A stretch of DNA of 64,000 nt from Podarcis cretensis. Taxonomy: Eukaryota. Where the stretch lies: NCBI GenBank assembly GCA_951804945.1, contig OX638150.1, positions 37,262,001-37,326,000 of the forward strand. Reading direction: 5' to 3'. Positions 51,672-64,000 of the stretch are shown here, piece by piece; within the stretch, counting starts at the first letter, position 1; the number at the start of each line of letters is the position of its first letter. Below the pieces are notes generated by a model. It was not told the DNA's origin, ran no database searches, and saw only the letters and a program-made list of their open reading frames with translations. Both the position numbers and the translations under genes were made by a program.

Positions 51672-52990
51672 TTTAAAAAGGGATATTAACAAATATATCA
51701 GAACCTACAGAATTCTGGGGAAATTCTCCTTTCATTCTTTGTGAACTTTGGACTAAACTGCATTTATAGGAATATTTTTCATAGTTTTAGACCTCAAGAT
51801 ACTCAAGGCAATGCAATCATTTGTAATTCAGTGAAGTCTGAATGTTTAAGCTAGCATCCAGTTTTAACAAGGTCTCATAAATTATATGCAGAGGTGTATC
51901 TAAAATAGTGGTCACAGATATGTCACCCTTCTTTAAGAAATTAAATAGCATGCACAAGTCTACTTCTCTTTAAATGCTAAGTTATTGTTTAGGCATTGCA
52001 CAAAAGTGGTTGTCCTTATATTTTGGAATGTGTGTAACTTTCCACTTCAATACCCACCTTTAATTTTCACTCTAGTTTGAGAGTTTTCCAAAACACATCT
52101 GCTTTTCAATATTGTCAGCTATACTACATTAAACTATGCTTTTAATTAGCAAAATATGGAACAATAATGCTCAAAAATGATCTGAAAGCACTCAACAGTT
52201 CTACTGCTGAAGAAATGAAAGTAAGCTGCCTGGATCAGAAATCACCTGGCAACCATATGTAAAGTGCTCTGATAGAGTAGGGTATAAATAGTTTAGTAAT
52301 AATAATGTTTTAACAAATATGGCATTTATTTGCATACATATTTTATGTATTAGGTAACTGATTACTGCAAAGGCCCATGGAAATTTATGTTGTATCTTAG
52401 CAATTTTATTATTCATTCAGTTTAAAGATATACTGGAAAGCATAAAACTCCTCCAGTTCCATTACTTCTCCTTCCTGTCATCTTTCCTTCAAGTGTACAT
52501 TTGGTGCTAGCATTCTCGTTGGTTCTCCACTTACATATTTAGATTTCAACAGCATCAGCACTTAGAAAATCTATCCAAGGCCCTCTGCCAAAAGTGGAGT
52601 TCTTCTCCAGACATTCAAACCTTTGATGTGCAACCAAGAAACTAAAATCATTTTATTTTAAGATTGAGCAGAATGTGCTTCAAAACCATATGAAACCTGA
52701 TGGCAGATTTATTTTCCTATCTTATTAAAGTATTTTACTGCTATTGTTTTCATATGTCCCCCACCCAGAAATATCAAGGATAGGCAGAATTAAAAATCTA
52801 AATAAAGGACAAAGCAGAATCACACTGCTATAACTGAGAATGCATTCTAAATCCAGCCTATTTTAATCAAACCCCTAAGGTTGATGTATAACTCCACATG
52901 AACTAATCCACTAGGAAGAATAAAATAAAGCAATTTGCATAGAGGCTGCAGCATAACTGTCTTTCAAGAATAAACATATTAAAATACATA

Positions 52991-53167
52991 GGGTTGCACC
53001 CAAATGCTGTTGAGTATGCCTTCCTGTCCTGTCCTCTATAGTCCCCCACACCCCAAAAAATCTGCTCCAGAGGGTTAGGGGGCAGGCCTCCAGAGCATAT
53101 TTGGGAGTTCACAATGCAGTCCCATTGCACAAGTGCAGCTTCACTCGCACAGCACTGGATACAACAC
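52991..53167. mobile_element. MITE with GGGTTGCATCCA-type TIRs (PIF/Harbinger-like); related copies at about 5422-5636 and 21739-21952
   Basis: GGGTTGCACCCA...TGGATACAAC ends; internal CTGCTCCAGAGGGTT motif shared among the three copies. Confidence 0.6.
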
Positions 53168-54399
53168 ATGTATTTTCAATTAAAGATCTCATATTAGCTG
53201 GTAACAATTTGATGAAATGTTACCACCACACTAAAAGCAGCATTTACGGTCTAGGACATCAGACCTTTGAGAAAAACAAACAAAGGAATGTTAAGCATTT
53301 AAGGAATGTTTCAGCATTCAGCATACCTAGAAAAGATTATTTTGCCAGCCTTAAGACTGCATAGCCAGGAAGCACAAAAACAATACAAGAAGGGACAAGA
53401 GCTGGAGGAAATGGGGTAAGACTTCAACTCCAATAAGAAGGATGTTGGCACTTTTTGCTTACAAGGATTCTTAAACTGCTACAAACAATAATCAAGTGCC
53501 GGCCAATTTTTCTATCACTGTTAAGCGTATTAAGGCATACAAATGAAAGAAAAATGGGAATCAGGGATCAATTAGACTCAAACCTCACCATGATTTAGCC
53601 CTTGAGACTGTTTTTTGATTTTGACTTTACTGCTCAGGTTCCGTCCTGCTGTTCATGAATGCTTTCCTCCTCATGTCTGAAGAACCACAGTCTGATCCCA
53701 ATGAATGTGTTTCAGAGGACACAGAACTTTCAGTTAGACTTCAGCACTGCCACCTCTGAGTCATAACCATTTAGATTGGGGAAAATGCAAAATAGTTTAC
53801 TAATCACAATAATCAATAAAATGGTTTTTTTAAAAATACACCTGAAGCATTTATCCATTTGTTTTTGGATAAGGGATTGGAAAGATTTGCACTCAGTGTA
53901 TCTTGAATTCCTTCTTACAAAAGAATGCCTCCTTCCATTTACTTACTCCAAATAAGCCTTGCATTTCATTCATACTGCCTGGATCAGCTTTGGTAGACCC
54001 CTTTTAGCCTCATCTTTTCTCAGGCTATTATTGGGAAGGAATATATTCTGAGATCCACAAGTAATTCTTCTCAGCTATGATATAAGCTGGCCTAAAGCCC
54101 ATTAACTCTCACAGGACTAGCTCATCCTGCTACAATATCATATCATGCATTTATAGCAGGAACAGTTGCCAACTCTCATGGTTTCTTAAAGTAACAGCTG
54201 CTGAATTTTTCAGCTGACTTAAACAAACAATAAGTTCCAACTCAGATTTTGAGAAATAAATTGTGTCAACATTCTGTATAAATTATTTTATTCAAACCAG
54301 TACAGAGATAGAGTGGCTCACTGAAACTTATGCTCCAACCCTAACTCAGCCCATTTCATCAACCACACTTTCTCAGTATATAATGAAACAAAGTGGACT

Positions 54400-54860
54400 C
54401 CACAGCACTAGAAAGGGCCTTCAAGAGCAGTTGTGTCTCACCATTCCATAACGAAACTACGGCCTTGACAGGATCACCTGTTCTATCCACTGAAAAATCC
54501 CCACAGCAGTTAGGAATCTATCAGATTCCATCAGTCTCCAGCAGGTGGACCATCCTAACTGGTTCCCCACCCTTGCAGGGGAGAATTGTCGTTGCAAGTC
54601 CATATCTCACAAAGAAGTGGTCTGACCATGATAATGGAGTGATATTCACCATCCTTTATTTCCAGACCACTCCTCTCCTCACATGAAGTGAAGACTAAAT
54701 CAAGATTATGCCCTGTTCTGTGCCTTGGACCAATGACTCTCTGAAAAAGGCCTATGGTTGCCCTGAACTCCCGAGCTGAACATAAGGAATCCTCACCATG
54801 CATGCTGAAGTCACCCAAACCACCTCTCTGGGTTCCTCCAACAAGACAACCTCAGCCAGT
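54400..54860 (-). mobile_element. Decayed L2/CR1-group LINE ORF2 endonuclease fragment (approximate ends)
   Basis: ORF 54555..54818 contains GDFS (GDFN-like) and GHNLDLVFT (GHTLDLVF-like) APE-endonuclease motifs. Confidence 0.75.
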
Positions 54861-55005
54861 TTGGTCAGGGAGGCTGTTGAAAAACAAGACTATCAATTTC
54901 TACCAGCCATGATGGCTGCATACTACCTCCACAATCAGAAACCATATGCCTTTGGATACCAGTTGCTGGATATCAAAGGTGGGGAAAGTATACTCTATCT
55001 ACCTC

Positions 55006-55024
55006 CCTGCCTGCCTGCCTATCA

Positions 55025-55071
<47 letters not shown>
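55006..55071. repeat. Compound (CCTG)/(TCTG)/(TCTA) microsatellite
   Basis: Directly visible; adjoins a probable LINE tail remnant. Confidence 0.9.
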
Positions 55072-55890
55072 GACTTATATACCACCCTCCATCATATCAG
55101 GGTGGTTCACAAGGTAAAAATACAAGGTAAAAACACAAATAGTTAAAACAAAAACAACAAAACAATAAACCCCTCCCACAAACACATTTTAAAGGCTGTA
55201 GAAGCATTTGGCAAAATTATAAAAGGAAGACTCAGAAGACCTAGTGGTGTCAGACAATGATTGCAATGCATAAACAGCAGCTTCTTAGAAAGGGAAGAGG
55301 GCTATGTCATTCCCATTCCTCTACCTCAATCTGGAGGTAGGTCCACGTAGGTCCTGCTTGCAAACTTCACAAATGGCTGACCACTGTTAGAATAGGAAGT
55401 ATTTAGAGCAAAGGACTAAATGGCCTTTTGGTCAGATACAACAGGGCTCATCTTGCACAGAAAGCCCCAGTTCAATACCTGGCATGTTCAGGTATTGCTG
55501 AGAAAGAGACCAGTCTGAAACACTAGAAAGTCACTGCCAGTCGGAATAGACAAAGCAGAACCAGATGAAACAATGATTTGACTATGACTGCACACATACT
55601 ATACCTTTCAAGCAACTCTGAAGCACATTCTTTCCCTTCAGAGAATTCTGGGCATTGTCTTTTACTCCTCACATAATTATAATTCCCAGCAACACTTAAC
55701 AAGCTATACTGCCCAGAATTCTTGGAGGGCAGAAATGTGTTTTAAAGGTATAGCGTGTATGTAGCTTTGATGTAAGACAGCTTCATGCATTCATGGACAA
55801 ATTCTGCGGACAGCTTTCCTCAGATTGGGTTGTGCAGGGGAACAGCTGGTAGTATGAAATGTTTGAATCATATCTACATATGTCATAAAC

Positions 55891-56017
55891 TAAGAGTGGG
55901 GGACCTGTGACCCTCCAGATGTTGCTGAACTCCAATTTCCCTCTGCCTCAGCCAGCCAGTCATGGATGATAGGAGTTGTAGTCCAACATCTGGACGGCCA
56001 CAGGTTCCCTACCCCTT
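55891..56017. mobile_element. Palindromic hAT-type MITE
   Basis: CCCTCCAGATGTT...GGAGTTGTAGTCCAACATCTGGA core; TSD TCATAAAC/CCATAAAC. Confidence 0.75.
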
Positions 56018-57098
56018 CCATAAACAGTCAAAATTTAAGATTTCTCAATAGGCAGTGAGCTATAACTGCATTGGAATTGCTGGAAACAGGCAGGAGGGAG
56101 GCTGATATTTCTTGCTTGCCTGGATGTCCAGTTTACTCAAAGCAGAGATGAAATGCAGCAAGGAGAAACAGATGGGAGCGGATCCAAGCAAGTGGACAAG
56201 AAGCTGCTGCACAGGGGTTAGAGGAACAAGACAGATATTTGTGACTGAGCAGAAGATACAGAGAGTTTAGAAGGGATGTGTGATTTCAAACGTTTCTGAA
56301 GATTGGTTAATGAGAAATATTATGAAGCATTACTTGAGTACATGTTATATACCTATTTTCCCCATGACAGCCTTCTGTTATGAGAACTGAAGATCTGAAA
56401 GGAATACCTGAAGTCAACCAAGCATGAAGCAAGATTAAATGTTGTGTTATGTTTTCCTATGTGGACTACAAATAACTATGAAGAAAATTAATGTTGTTAT
56501 TGTAACAGTGAATATTTTAAGATTATCCGTATTATGGCTACATCAGAACAAACCTTAAAATTATACACATGTAACCTAGCATGAAGCCAAAGTCCATTGA
56601 GAAGGCAACATTGCCTCACGGCTTTTAGGACACTTATAGCTTCTGAACATTGTAGCAAGGATGCAGCTCTGACAAAACATAGTAAATCAATCTACCAATT
56701 AACAAAATAAAGTGAACAGGCAAGACTCTTCAAAGGTGTGTGCCTCCCTTTAAGTTACAGATTAACTGTAAGGCCTCCATATAGCATACACCTTAGCTTA
56801 TAGGATCTGCCTATCTCAGTACAAGTATATTCAAGCACAATATGTTTCAATGTCTACTCAGAATGGGGTATCAAGGAAGCAAAAGCACCATAACAATTAT
56901 TTAAGCCAAAATATACTTCAAGATGTACGGACTCAGAATGAGCTGATCAGCAATCACCACTTGGTCCATTCAAGATATACAAGCATCAGGCTGTGAAGGT
57001 TTTGGTTGAAGGAATGCACTCTTCCCATGGAGATCCACCTTCCATTTTGAGAGTTGTATTCCTTTTGTACACCATTTTTAGATACATATGATTTCACA

Positions 57099-57208
57099 AG
57101 GTTGCATCCAACTAAGTTCTAATAAGAGTAGACCCACTGAAATTGACAGACATGGGTTTAGTAATTTCAGTGGGTTTACCCTCAGTAGAACTTAGCTGAA
57201 AACAACCA
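57099..57208. mobile_element. Short palindromic MITE; related copies at about 10073-10185 and 51468-51589
   Basis: GAGTAGACCCACTGAAATT...AATTTCAGTGGGT inverted repeat recurring in the window. Confidence 0.65.
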
Positions 57209-57677
57209 CTGTCTCAATTAATTAGTCCTAGCTGTTGCCTGTAGGAAAGCTTTTACAATTACAAGCTGCTTCTTGATAACTTGGTTTCAAGACTTTTAGT
57301 TAATTACATTTATATTCTAACCTCTCAGGGAAGCATGCATGGGCAATGTTCTCAACTAGAGTATGGTAAGCAGAGATCAGCAGTGTTGAAACAGGCAACA
57401 TTCGGTACAGAAACAGCATGTGACTACGGCTTAATAAGCTACCAACATGGCTTTATTTGAGTGTTTCTGAAGAATTAAGTCTCATTTCTACACTGCTCGC
57501 ACATACTTTCTAGGTGAATGTACTCCTGTGACCAGAGAACAGAACAAAGTCTTCCCCTCTAAATGACCACTATGTTCTGAATGGGAGAAAGGCAATTCTG
57601 AGTTAAAGGTTAACTATATAATTGAGAATCTGAACAGGTTCTCTTCATGCAATGCATTTTCCAGCATAAATCCTTAC

Positions 57678-58010
57678 CTGTTGGGGTCTGAGTTTTACTG
57701 GGGTGGTGATGTCCACCTGCTCCTGGCTGTGGAGGAGGACTTGCTCCTGCTTGTCCAGTACCTTGCGCTGGGCTCGTGCTGATCAGAGTTCCAGTAGGCA
57801 GAGGCTGGCCTCTTTTTAAGAGCTGCTTCTGTTCTTGTTGGCGGAAGCGTGGAGGCACCTCACGAGGCAGGTATCGGGATGCAGCTGGCTGCTGCCCATT
57901 GGCAGATGCACGCTTGCCATTGCTATTGTTAGTAATAGTGCTGGTGGAAGTACTGGTACTGGTACCGGCAGGTTGGGGCTGGCTTAAACTGGTCTTAATA
58001 GGTTCTGGCA
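57678..58010 (-). CDS. TNRC6C: TNRC6C coding exon (N-terminal, VPEPIKT...[25 protein letters not shown]...PT)
   Basis: ttttcaacag| acceptor and G|GTAAGG donor; 333 nt, phase 1/1; [10 protein letters not shown] motif typical of long GW182 N-termini. Confidence 0.93.
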
Positions 58011-59725
58011 CTGTTGAAAATGAAATATTAAGAACACATTTATTGGGCGAAAGAATTAAACAACATTCTTTTTAAAACACAGCTTAATTGAAAGTAAATC
58101 TCAGTCCACCTTTGTACATTTGTTTTAAATAGAAACTAAGTAGTTTCCCCCAAAGTATGTGTTATGGAAAACCAACACATTGTACATTTAAATGCAATCA
58201 TTTTTCTAAAAAAATATTTATTGGCAACATCAACTGATTATGAAGTATGAAGGGATCATAAGTGATGTGCATTTAAATAATTTTAGAAACAGGTCCCTAA
58301 TCCATTATCATGTTGTTCCCTAATCATGGCTCCACAACTAAAAAGGCCCTGTCTCATATGCCCATCTGCTTTCTGCATATGAAGGAATGCAAGGCAAGGT
58401 TTCAAATGCTGATTTAAGTGGAAGGCCAGGGACATCTAGGATGAGGTAGATTATTGAGAGATTTAGAAGTCAAAACCAGTATTTTGCATCGGACCTGGAA
58501 ACAAATCAATAACCATCACAAATGAAATAATATATGTCCCGTATTATATGCATTTTGAACCAACTGAGGTTTCTGAGACTCACACAGAACACCTTATGTT
58601 ACGATGGCTTAGAAAAACTTCATACAGCATAGTAACAGTTCATGCAGATAAAAGTCAGCAAATCATAGTTTGGTATAGTTTACACACTAGGTCACAAATG
58701 TTCAGGCAGGCCTAGGTACCAAGTTGTTAGAATAATCTCAATATCTTCTTAACAAATCACAATGAAGACTCAATTTGTGCCTTCTCATAAATGTCAAACT
58801 TCACCTCTTATCTTGTAAATCAGCTGCTGTTACATAGGTACAAAAAGAGATGCCATTCCTTCATACCCTGCTTCTCTGAACAATTACAGAATAAAAATGA
58901 GCTTAAGTATTCTACAAAATTCACAGCAGCCCTTGTGTTTTACATTCTTTTCAACTTCATTTGTAAAGCTCAAAGTCAATGTGCTGCACTACATATACAG
59001 TACATTTAACACAGCCCAGGAATGTATACTCTGGGAATACAGATGAAATACAGACTTTGTTTAAACCTCTGCAGCTGCTCAAAACTAGAAACAATTCCTG
59101 GGTTTTTAATTGGAATGAAACCAGAGCTAGATCCCCATTGTAGTAACATTATCCAAGAACAATGAAGTATCAAACAGTGAAATGCTTGTACTGTATTAAT
59201 CCCCACCCCACCACCCCACCCCCTGTAACCTGCTAAGGTCAATATCTAGAGATAGAGGAAATCACAAAGTAATTGATGGGAAAGTATAACATGACTTTTT
59301 TTATCCACAACTGTACCATTAACCAGCTGTTGCAGCAGTATTTGCTGCCAGAGTCAGGCTCCTGGAAAATTTTAAGCAATGTGATCCTATTAAAGCAGAA
59401 TGTGTGTGGGTGTTTACTAAAAGGACTTTGGGGAGGAAATTAGCCAGTTTTACTACATTAATTACATTGCCAAATACAAATGTTTTGTACCATTTAAATA
59501 CAGACATCTTAATACATCTTCGCAAAATTTTCTATTTCCTACCTAATCTGATCTATTAGAAATCAGTTTCTTTTTTAAAGTTACAGCTAAGAACGTTGCC
59601 CAGAGATAGTAGTCCAAAATGTTAGTGCAAATTTGATGTGCAACTCTGCTCTGTTGCCATCTCGCCTTTTCTACAACACTTCTTTTCCCCCCATTTTTAA
59701 TTTCTAGAATGCTCATCCTGTACCA

Positions 59726-60021
59726 CAGGGGTGGAGAACCTGTGGCCCTCCAGATGTTCCTGGAATACAATTCCTACCATCCCTGACCACTAGGCATGCT
59801 GACTAGGGCTAACAGGAGTTGGAGTTGAGCTGGAATAGCTCAGTTGGTAGAGCATGAGACTCTTGATCTCAGGGTCATGGGTTGAAGCCCCACAATGGGC
59901 AAAAAAGATTACTGCAGTGCAGGAGGTTGGACTAGATGACCCTTGTGGTCCCTTCCAACTCTACAGTTCTATGACTCTATGATTCTACAAAATATGGAGG
60001 GCCACAGATTCCCCACTACTG
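59726..60021. mobile_element. Palindromic hAT-type MITE carrying a nested SINE
   Basis: CAGGGGTGGAGAACCTGTGGCCCTCCA...TGGAGGGCCACAGATTCCCCACTACTG ends. Confidence 0.78.
59828..59987 (+). mobile_element. tRNA-Lys(CTT)-derived SINE with CR1-type 3' tail, nested in a hAT MITE
   Basis: TAGCTCAGTTGGTAGAGCATGAGACTCTTGATCTCAGGG head, followed by GGACTAGATGACC...CCCTTCCAAC...(TTCTATGA)-like tail. Confidence 0.87.
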
Positions 60022-60461
60022 TTGTACAGGAAACCATAATATGATGGAGATAAGTGTGTGATGTTGACAGCTAGGCTCTCAAGCTGCAAATTCTAATAGT
60101 TTCCATTTTGTGGTCCCAAAAGCCCACCTGGCTTAACTAGCTTAAGTCCTTTGTGGGCTGCACTGTCAGCATCTGTCAGTCAGGCACAGAAGGAGCTGCC
60201 CTTTCATGTGCATGCATGTGTGTGTACACACACACACACCAAACCAAAGTTTTTTCATATTAATATATGTTTGGTCAAAATCTCTCACATTCTGACAGGA
60301 TAGTCTGCATTTGGGAATTTCAGATTTCCCAGTGTTTCCAGTGTACACACTTCCTGGCTTTAATAAAATCAGAAAGGGTGACCAACATGATAAGATTGCA
60401 TTGAATGTGAAATGCTGCCATGGTGGCTTAAACCACAATTCAAAAAATCTATCCATTCTTT

Positions 60462-60552
60462 AGGACTGCACCCCTATGCGCACCTCCCTGAGTGTAAGTC
60501 CCACTGAACTCAGTGAAGCTTACACAAGAGTAGACATGCCTACAACTGCACT
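60462..60552. mobile_element. Short palindromic MITE (GTAAGTCCCACTGAACTCAGTG family)
   Basis: Imperfect palindrome; fragments of the same motif at about 15630-15685 and 16215-16290. Confidence 0.55.
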
Positions 60553-62498
60553 ACAGAATACTCTTTAAGCATTTGATGAACTTCTCAGGTTTAAGAACTG
60601 CATGTGCAAGTCTGCACTATTTTCTCCTCCATTCAACCATTTGCCACATAATGAACACATCCAGTTGTTCTACAACTATTATGCATTAAACCATTACATT
60701 ACCATTGTAAGCTCTCAAGCTTTTACTCCCCAATTACTCCAAACAAAAATAAACCTTTCCCTTGTAAAATTTCTCAGGTTACAATCTTCTCTTTGGTGAA
60801 AGCCATTTGTTCACAGGAGACAGCACATCTTTAGGCTTTGAAACAGAAGACATTGCATGTATCCATTTCACACACAGTGAAAGGCTAGTGTTTATACAGG
60901 GAAAATATTAGAAATTATAGATCTCTAAGCAGGGTTTTGAGACAGGAAACCAAAATTGTAGGAGGACTAATTCAGAGGTGAATTCTGTATCATCATGCTA
61001 AATCTTTGTTGTCTGGCTTTTCTTATTCAGACCTATTCACTTATTTATATCAGCCACGTGCACACATCCCAGTTATGATGTGTGCCTCAGACCTGCCCTC
61101 CAGATTTCTATCAAACATGTCACACATGCTAATCTTGCCTGAAGTAATGAGGCCAAACTCACTTGGTCTGCGCCTGATTCTCTGGCGCAGAGCAATTGGG
61201 AGTCTAGCAGTGAGGGGGTGCTCGTGACACAATGCAACTGGCAGTCCACATGAGTTATCAGAATGGCTGAAAGAGCACAGAGTGCTAGTCAAATAAAAAT
61301 ATGGCCTTGGGAAATCCACCAATTCCAAGCACTGATCTAAGGCAGACTTTGAGAAGCTGCTGTTTGATTGTCCTGCAGGAGAAAATCTAGAAGCACTACT
61401 ATGGTTAAGTAGAAAAGCACAATGACAACTGAGAAAAGCCAATGGGCTCCACAAAGAACCTAGATATGGTAAAGAATAAAAGCAACAACATGTTTTATTT
61501 GTACAGAGACAGCCTCAAAACAAATCAAAACAAAAAATTGCACAATGGAAAGGAAAATTAAATAGCAAATGGATTTGGAGGATAATATTAGAAGCTAAAT
61601 GTTCCTTTTTAAATTAAGACAAAACTGAAGAATAAACAATTCAGCTTCTCATCAACGCTGTGCACATAGCTCCCATTAGTTTTTAAAAAGCAGAAAATGA
61701 AAGAGGCAGTCTTAAAAACTATTCAAGACAACCACTCCTCTGTTAATTCTCATTCAAAGGGTCAGTTTGGACATTATGCTAAACAATTATATGCTTGGAG
61801 ATATGACCCCAGAGTCCAGCAGTGACCAGGACCCCAAATTAGATGTTACAATGTCACTGGCTAAGGTTCCTGGATCTGAGCCTGGTGTTGATGGTCAGAG
61901 GACTACTGCACCCAAGGCCGGCAAGCAAAAACCTGCTGAGCCAGTTCTCACAGTTTCAGGATCCCAAGAGCCAGGACTGTGGGGGTTACCTTTCCCCAGA
62001 TCTGAGGAAATAAATACTTCCCACACCACCTCACCAGTCCACAGCACAGACAGCACACAAGGAGGGAGGCCATGAGGTGCAAGGGCTTTAGGTCAGAACA
62101 TGGCCCCTTTCAGAGACGCCAGTTTTCCAAAAGCAGATTGAACCTATGAGAAGGGGCTTAGAGGCAGAAATTCAAAAGGCTTCAGTTCACTTCTAAGCCT
62201 TCCTGAAGCAAGTTGTTCACTAGGAAGTTTCCTTGGTACCGTAACAATAGACTCACCCTGCCCTGTGGGCTTCATCATGGGATCAGGACAAGATGGGACA
62301 TATTGCTAAAACTCATGCTCACTTACACCCCATCCTCCTGTCTGGGGCAGCTGTAAGGAGGAGAGCAGAAGTATTTGCTTCCAGTCTCAAATGAGACTCA
62401 AATTACTTGGGAACTTGAGGGAATTCTAGTTAGTGAAGAAGCCAGGATCATATACCAAGGGTTCATCCTGGCTTGTTTAAATTAATCATAGTTTTAAC

Positions 62499-62624
62499 CA
62501 GGGCATTTTTTCAAACAGAACTCAGTTCCAGCACCTCTCAGGTGGGTGCCATTGCCATTATAAGAGAACAAGGAAGGCATTCATGATGAGTTCCAGCACC
62601 TCTTTTTCTAGAAAAATAGCAGTG
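62499..62624. mobile_element. hAT-like MITE
   Basis: CAGGGCATTTTTTC...GAAAAATAGCAGTG ends; internal repeated AGTTCCAGCACCTCT. Confidence 0.55.
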
Positions 62625-63322
62625 ATTTAAACTAGCCATAGTTTCAATAACGGTAGAACAGGGGAGGTGGGAGTACACAAATCTGAGGGCTCATTTGCTT
62701 AATCCAAAGTTTAGTCTTATGTTCAAAAAGGCACTGCACCTGCCTTTTAGACATGCTTCTCTATAAAGTAGATATGTGCCACTTCAAATACAGCTTAACC
62801 CACATTCAACACTTGCTTGATGATGTGTGCTGATGGGCTTTTGCAGCAAAAGTCCTTCTGCTTTACAAAATATCTGATATGCCTTCAAAGTATTTTGTTT
62901 TGCTTAAATACATTTAGCAGCTTGGCGGTAGACTCTGCTACTGCAGGTGACCTTTAAGGAATACACTTACAATGTATAGTATGAATTAAATTGACTGCAG
63001 TCCCTGAGGAAATGAATTTCAAGCCAGTCTTGTAAAGGAGTATTGCTGCTTGGAAGGACAGGGCTTCTACTCATGAGATTCTGCACAGCCTGTAGTGAAT
63101 TGCATTATGCAGCAAGTGAGGGAGGTCTTCCAATTTCCATAAGCTATTCTGCTTTTTAGAGGTCTAAACTGGTTAGTACTTACCTGTACCCAAAATTTCA
63201 ATCTAAACATTCTCTCTTCTGATGAGCTGCCTAGCTGTGCTGGGGGGGGGGGGGAGAGTTAAACCAGTAGTTGCTATAGTACTTTAGTTGCCTATTTGCA
63301 GAGGGCTTAGGAAATAAACAAA

Positions 63323-63699
63323 GGGACGCAGGTGGCGCTGTGGGTAAAAGCCTCAGTGCCTAGGGCTTGCTGATCGAAAGGTCGGCGGTTCGAATCCCTG
63401 CGGCGGGGTGTGCTCCCGTCGTTCGGTCCCAGCGCCTGCTAACCTAGCAGTTCGAAAGCACCCCCGGGTGCAAGTAGATAAATAGGGACCGCTTACAAGC
63501 GGGAAGGTAAACGGCGTTTCCGTGTGCGGCTCTGGCTCTGGCTTGGCTCTGGCCAGAGCAGCGATGTCACGCTGGCCACGTGACCTGGAAGTGTCTCCGG
63601 ACAGCGCTGGCCCCCGGCCTCTTGAGTGAGATGGGCGCACCAACCCCAGAGTCTGGCAAGACTGGCCCTTACGGGCAGGGGTACCTTTACCTTTACCTT
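63323..63699 (+). mobile_element. Full-length Sauria SINE
   Basis: Near-identical to the 24044 copy; (ACCTTT)3 tail; 15-bp TSD TTAGGAAATAAACAA at 63307-63321 and 63700-63714. Confidence 0.94.
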
Positions 63700-64000
63700 T
63701 TAGGAAATAAACAACAAGAAGAAACCTTTTGAGGTAGCTATTTCAATTCCACTTAGAAACATGGTTTGATACCCCATCAACTCAGCTCTCTGGAAATAAC
63801 CTCTCCCACCAGCCCACCCCAATGATTCTTGCAAGATGCTATTTAGTTTACCAAGGTCATCATTAGCTATGTGAATGTATGGGGGGGGGGAGTGTACTCT
63901 CCAAAACATTGCCCAGATTTGGGAGGGGTGGGACTTGCTCTCCTGGATTATATGCATTTGGCAAAAGATTTTTTGTTTTTGTTTTTTGAGATAGTAACCT

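Noticed and set aside
59828-59900. tRNA-Lys gene
   Set aside because: T-loop/B box is mutated (GTTGAAGCC), the acceptor stem is imperfect, and the sequence runs straight into a CR1 tail, so it is a SINE head
63184-63230. Candidate upstream TNRC6C exon (ctag|GCAGCTCATCAGAAG...ACAG|GTAAGT)
   Set aside because: Good donor and an AAHQK resemblance to the expected AADQK, but stops occur in both that frame and the frame needed to join the next exon; at best non-coding, unsupported

Overview
Vertebrate (squamate, probably lacertid lizard, judged from the Sauria SINEs) genomic DNA lying entirely inside the TNRC6C (GW182 family, miRNA-silencing scaffold) gene on the minus strand. I mapped 17 coding exons by hand from 58010 down to 904, all with GT-AG boundaries and mutually consistent phases. 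They run from the N-terminal [10 protein letters not shown] exon through the 2.6-kb GW/Ago-binding exon, Ago hooks, UBA, Q-rich region, CIM1, PAM2 and P-GL to the start of the RRM. The first and last exons lie outside the window. One expected 120-nt exon is not visible and probably lies in the N-gap at 21355-21502. Introns are rich in transposons: two young Sauria SINEs, a tRNA-Lys/CR1-tail SINE, a 5'-truncated L1 with a 17-bp TSD, L2/CR1 remnants, and many palindromic MITEs of hAT, Tigger/mariner and PIF-like type. I found no prokaryote-type system or CRISPR array. The best leads concern splicing and regulation of TNRC6C (cassette exon, alternative acceptors, a sense L1 poly(A) just upstream of the UBA exon, a possible internal promoter, an 'IDGS' decoy segment) and a pre-miRNA-sized hairpin MITE. 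Comparisons with human TNRC6C are from memory, not from an alignment.
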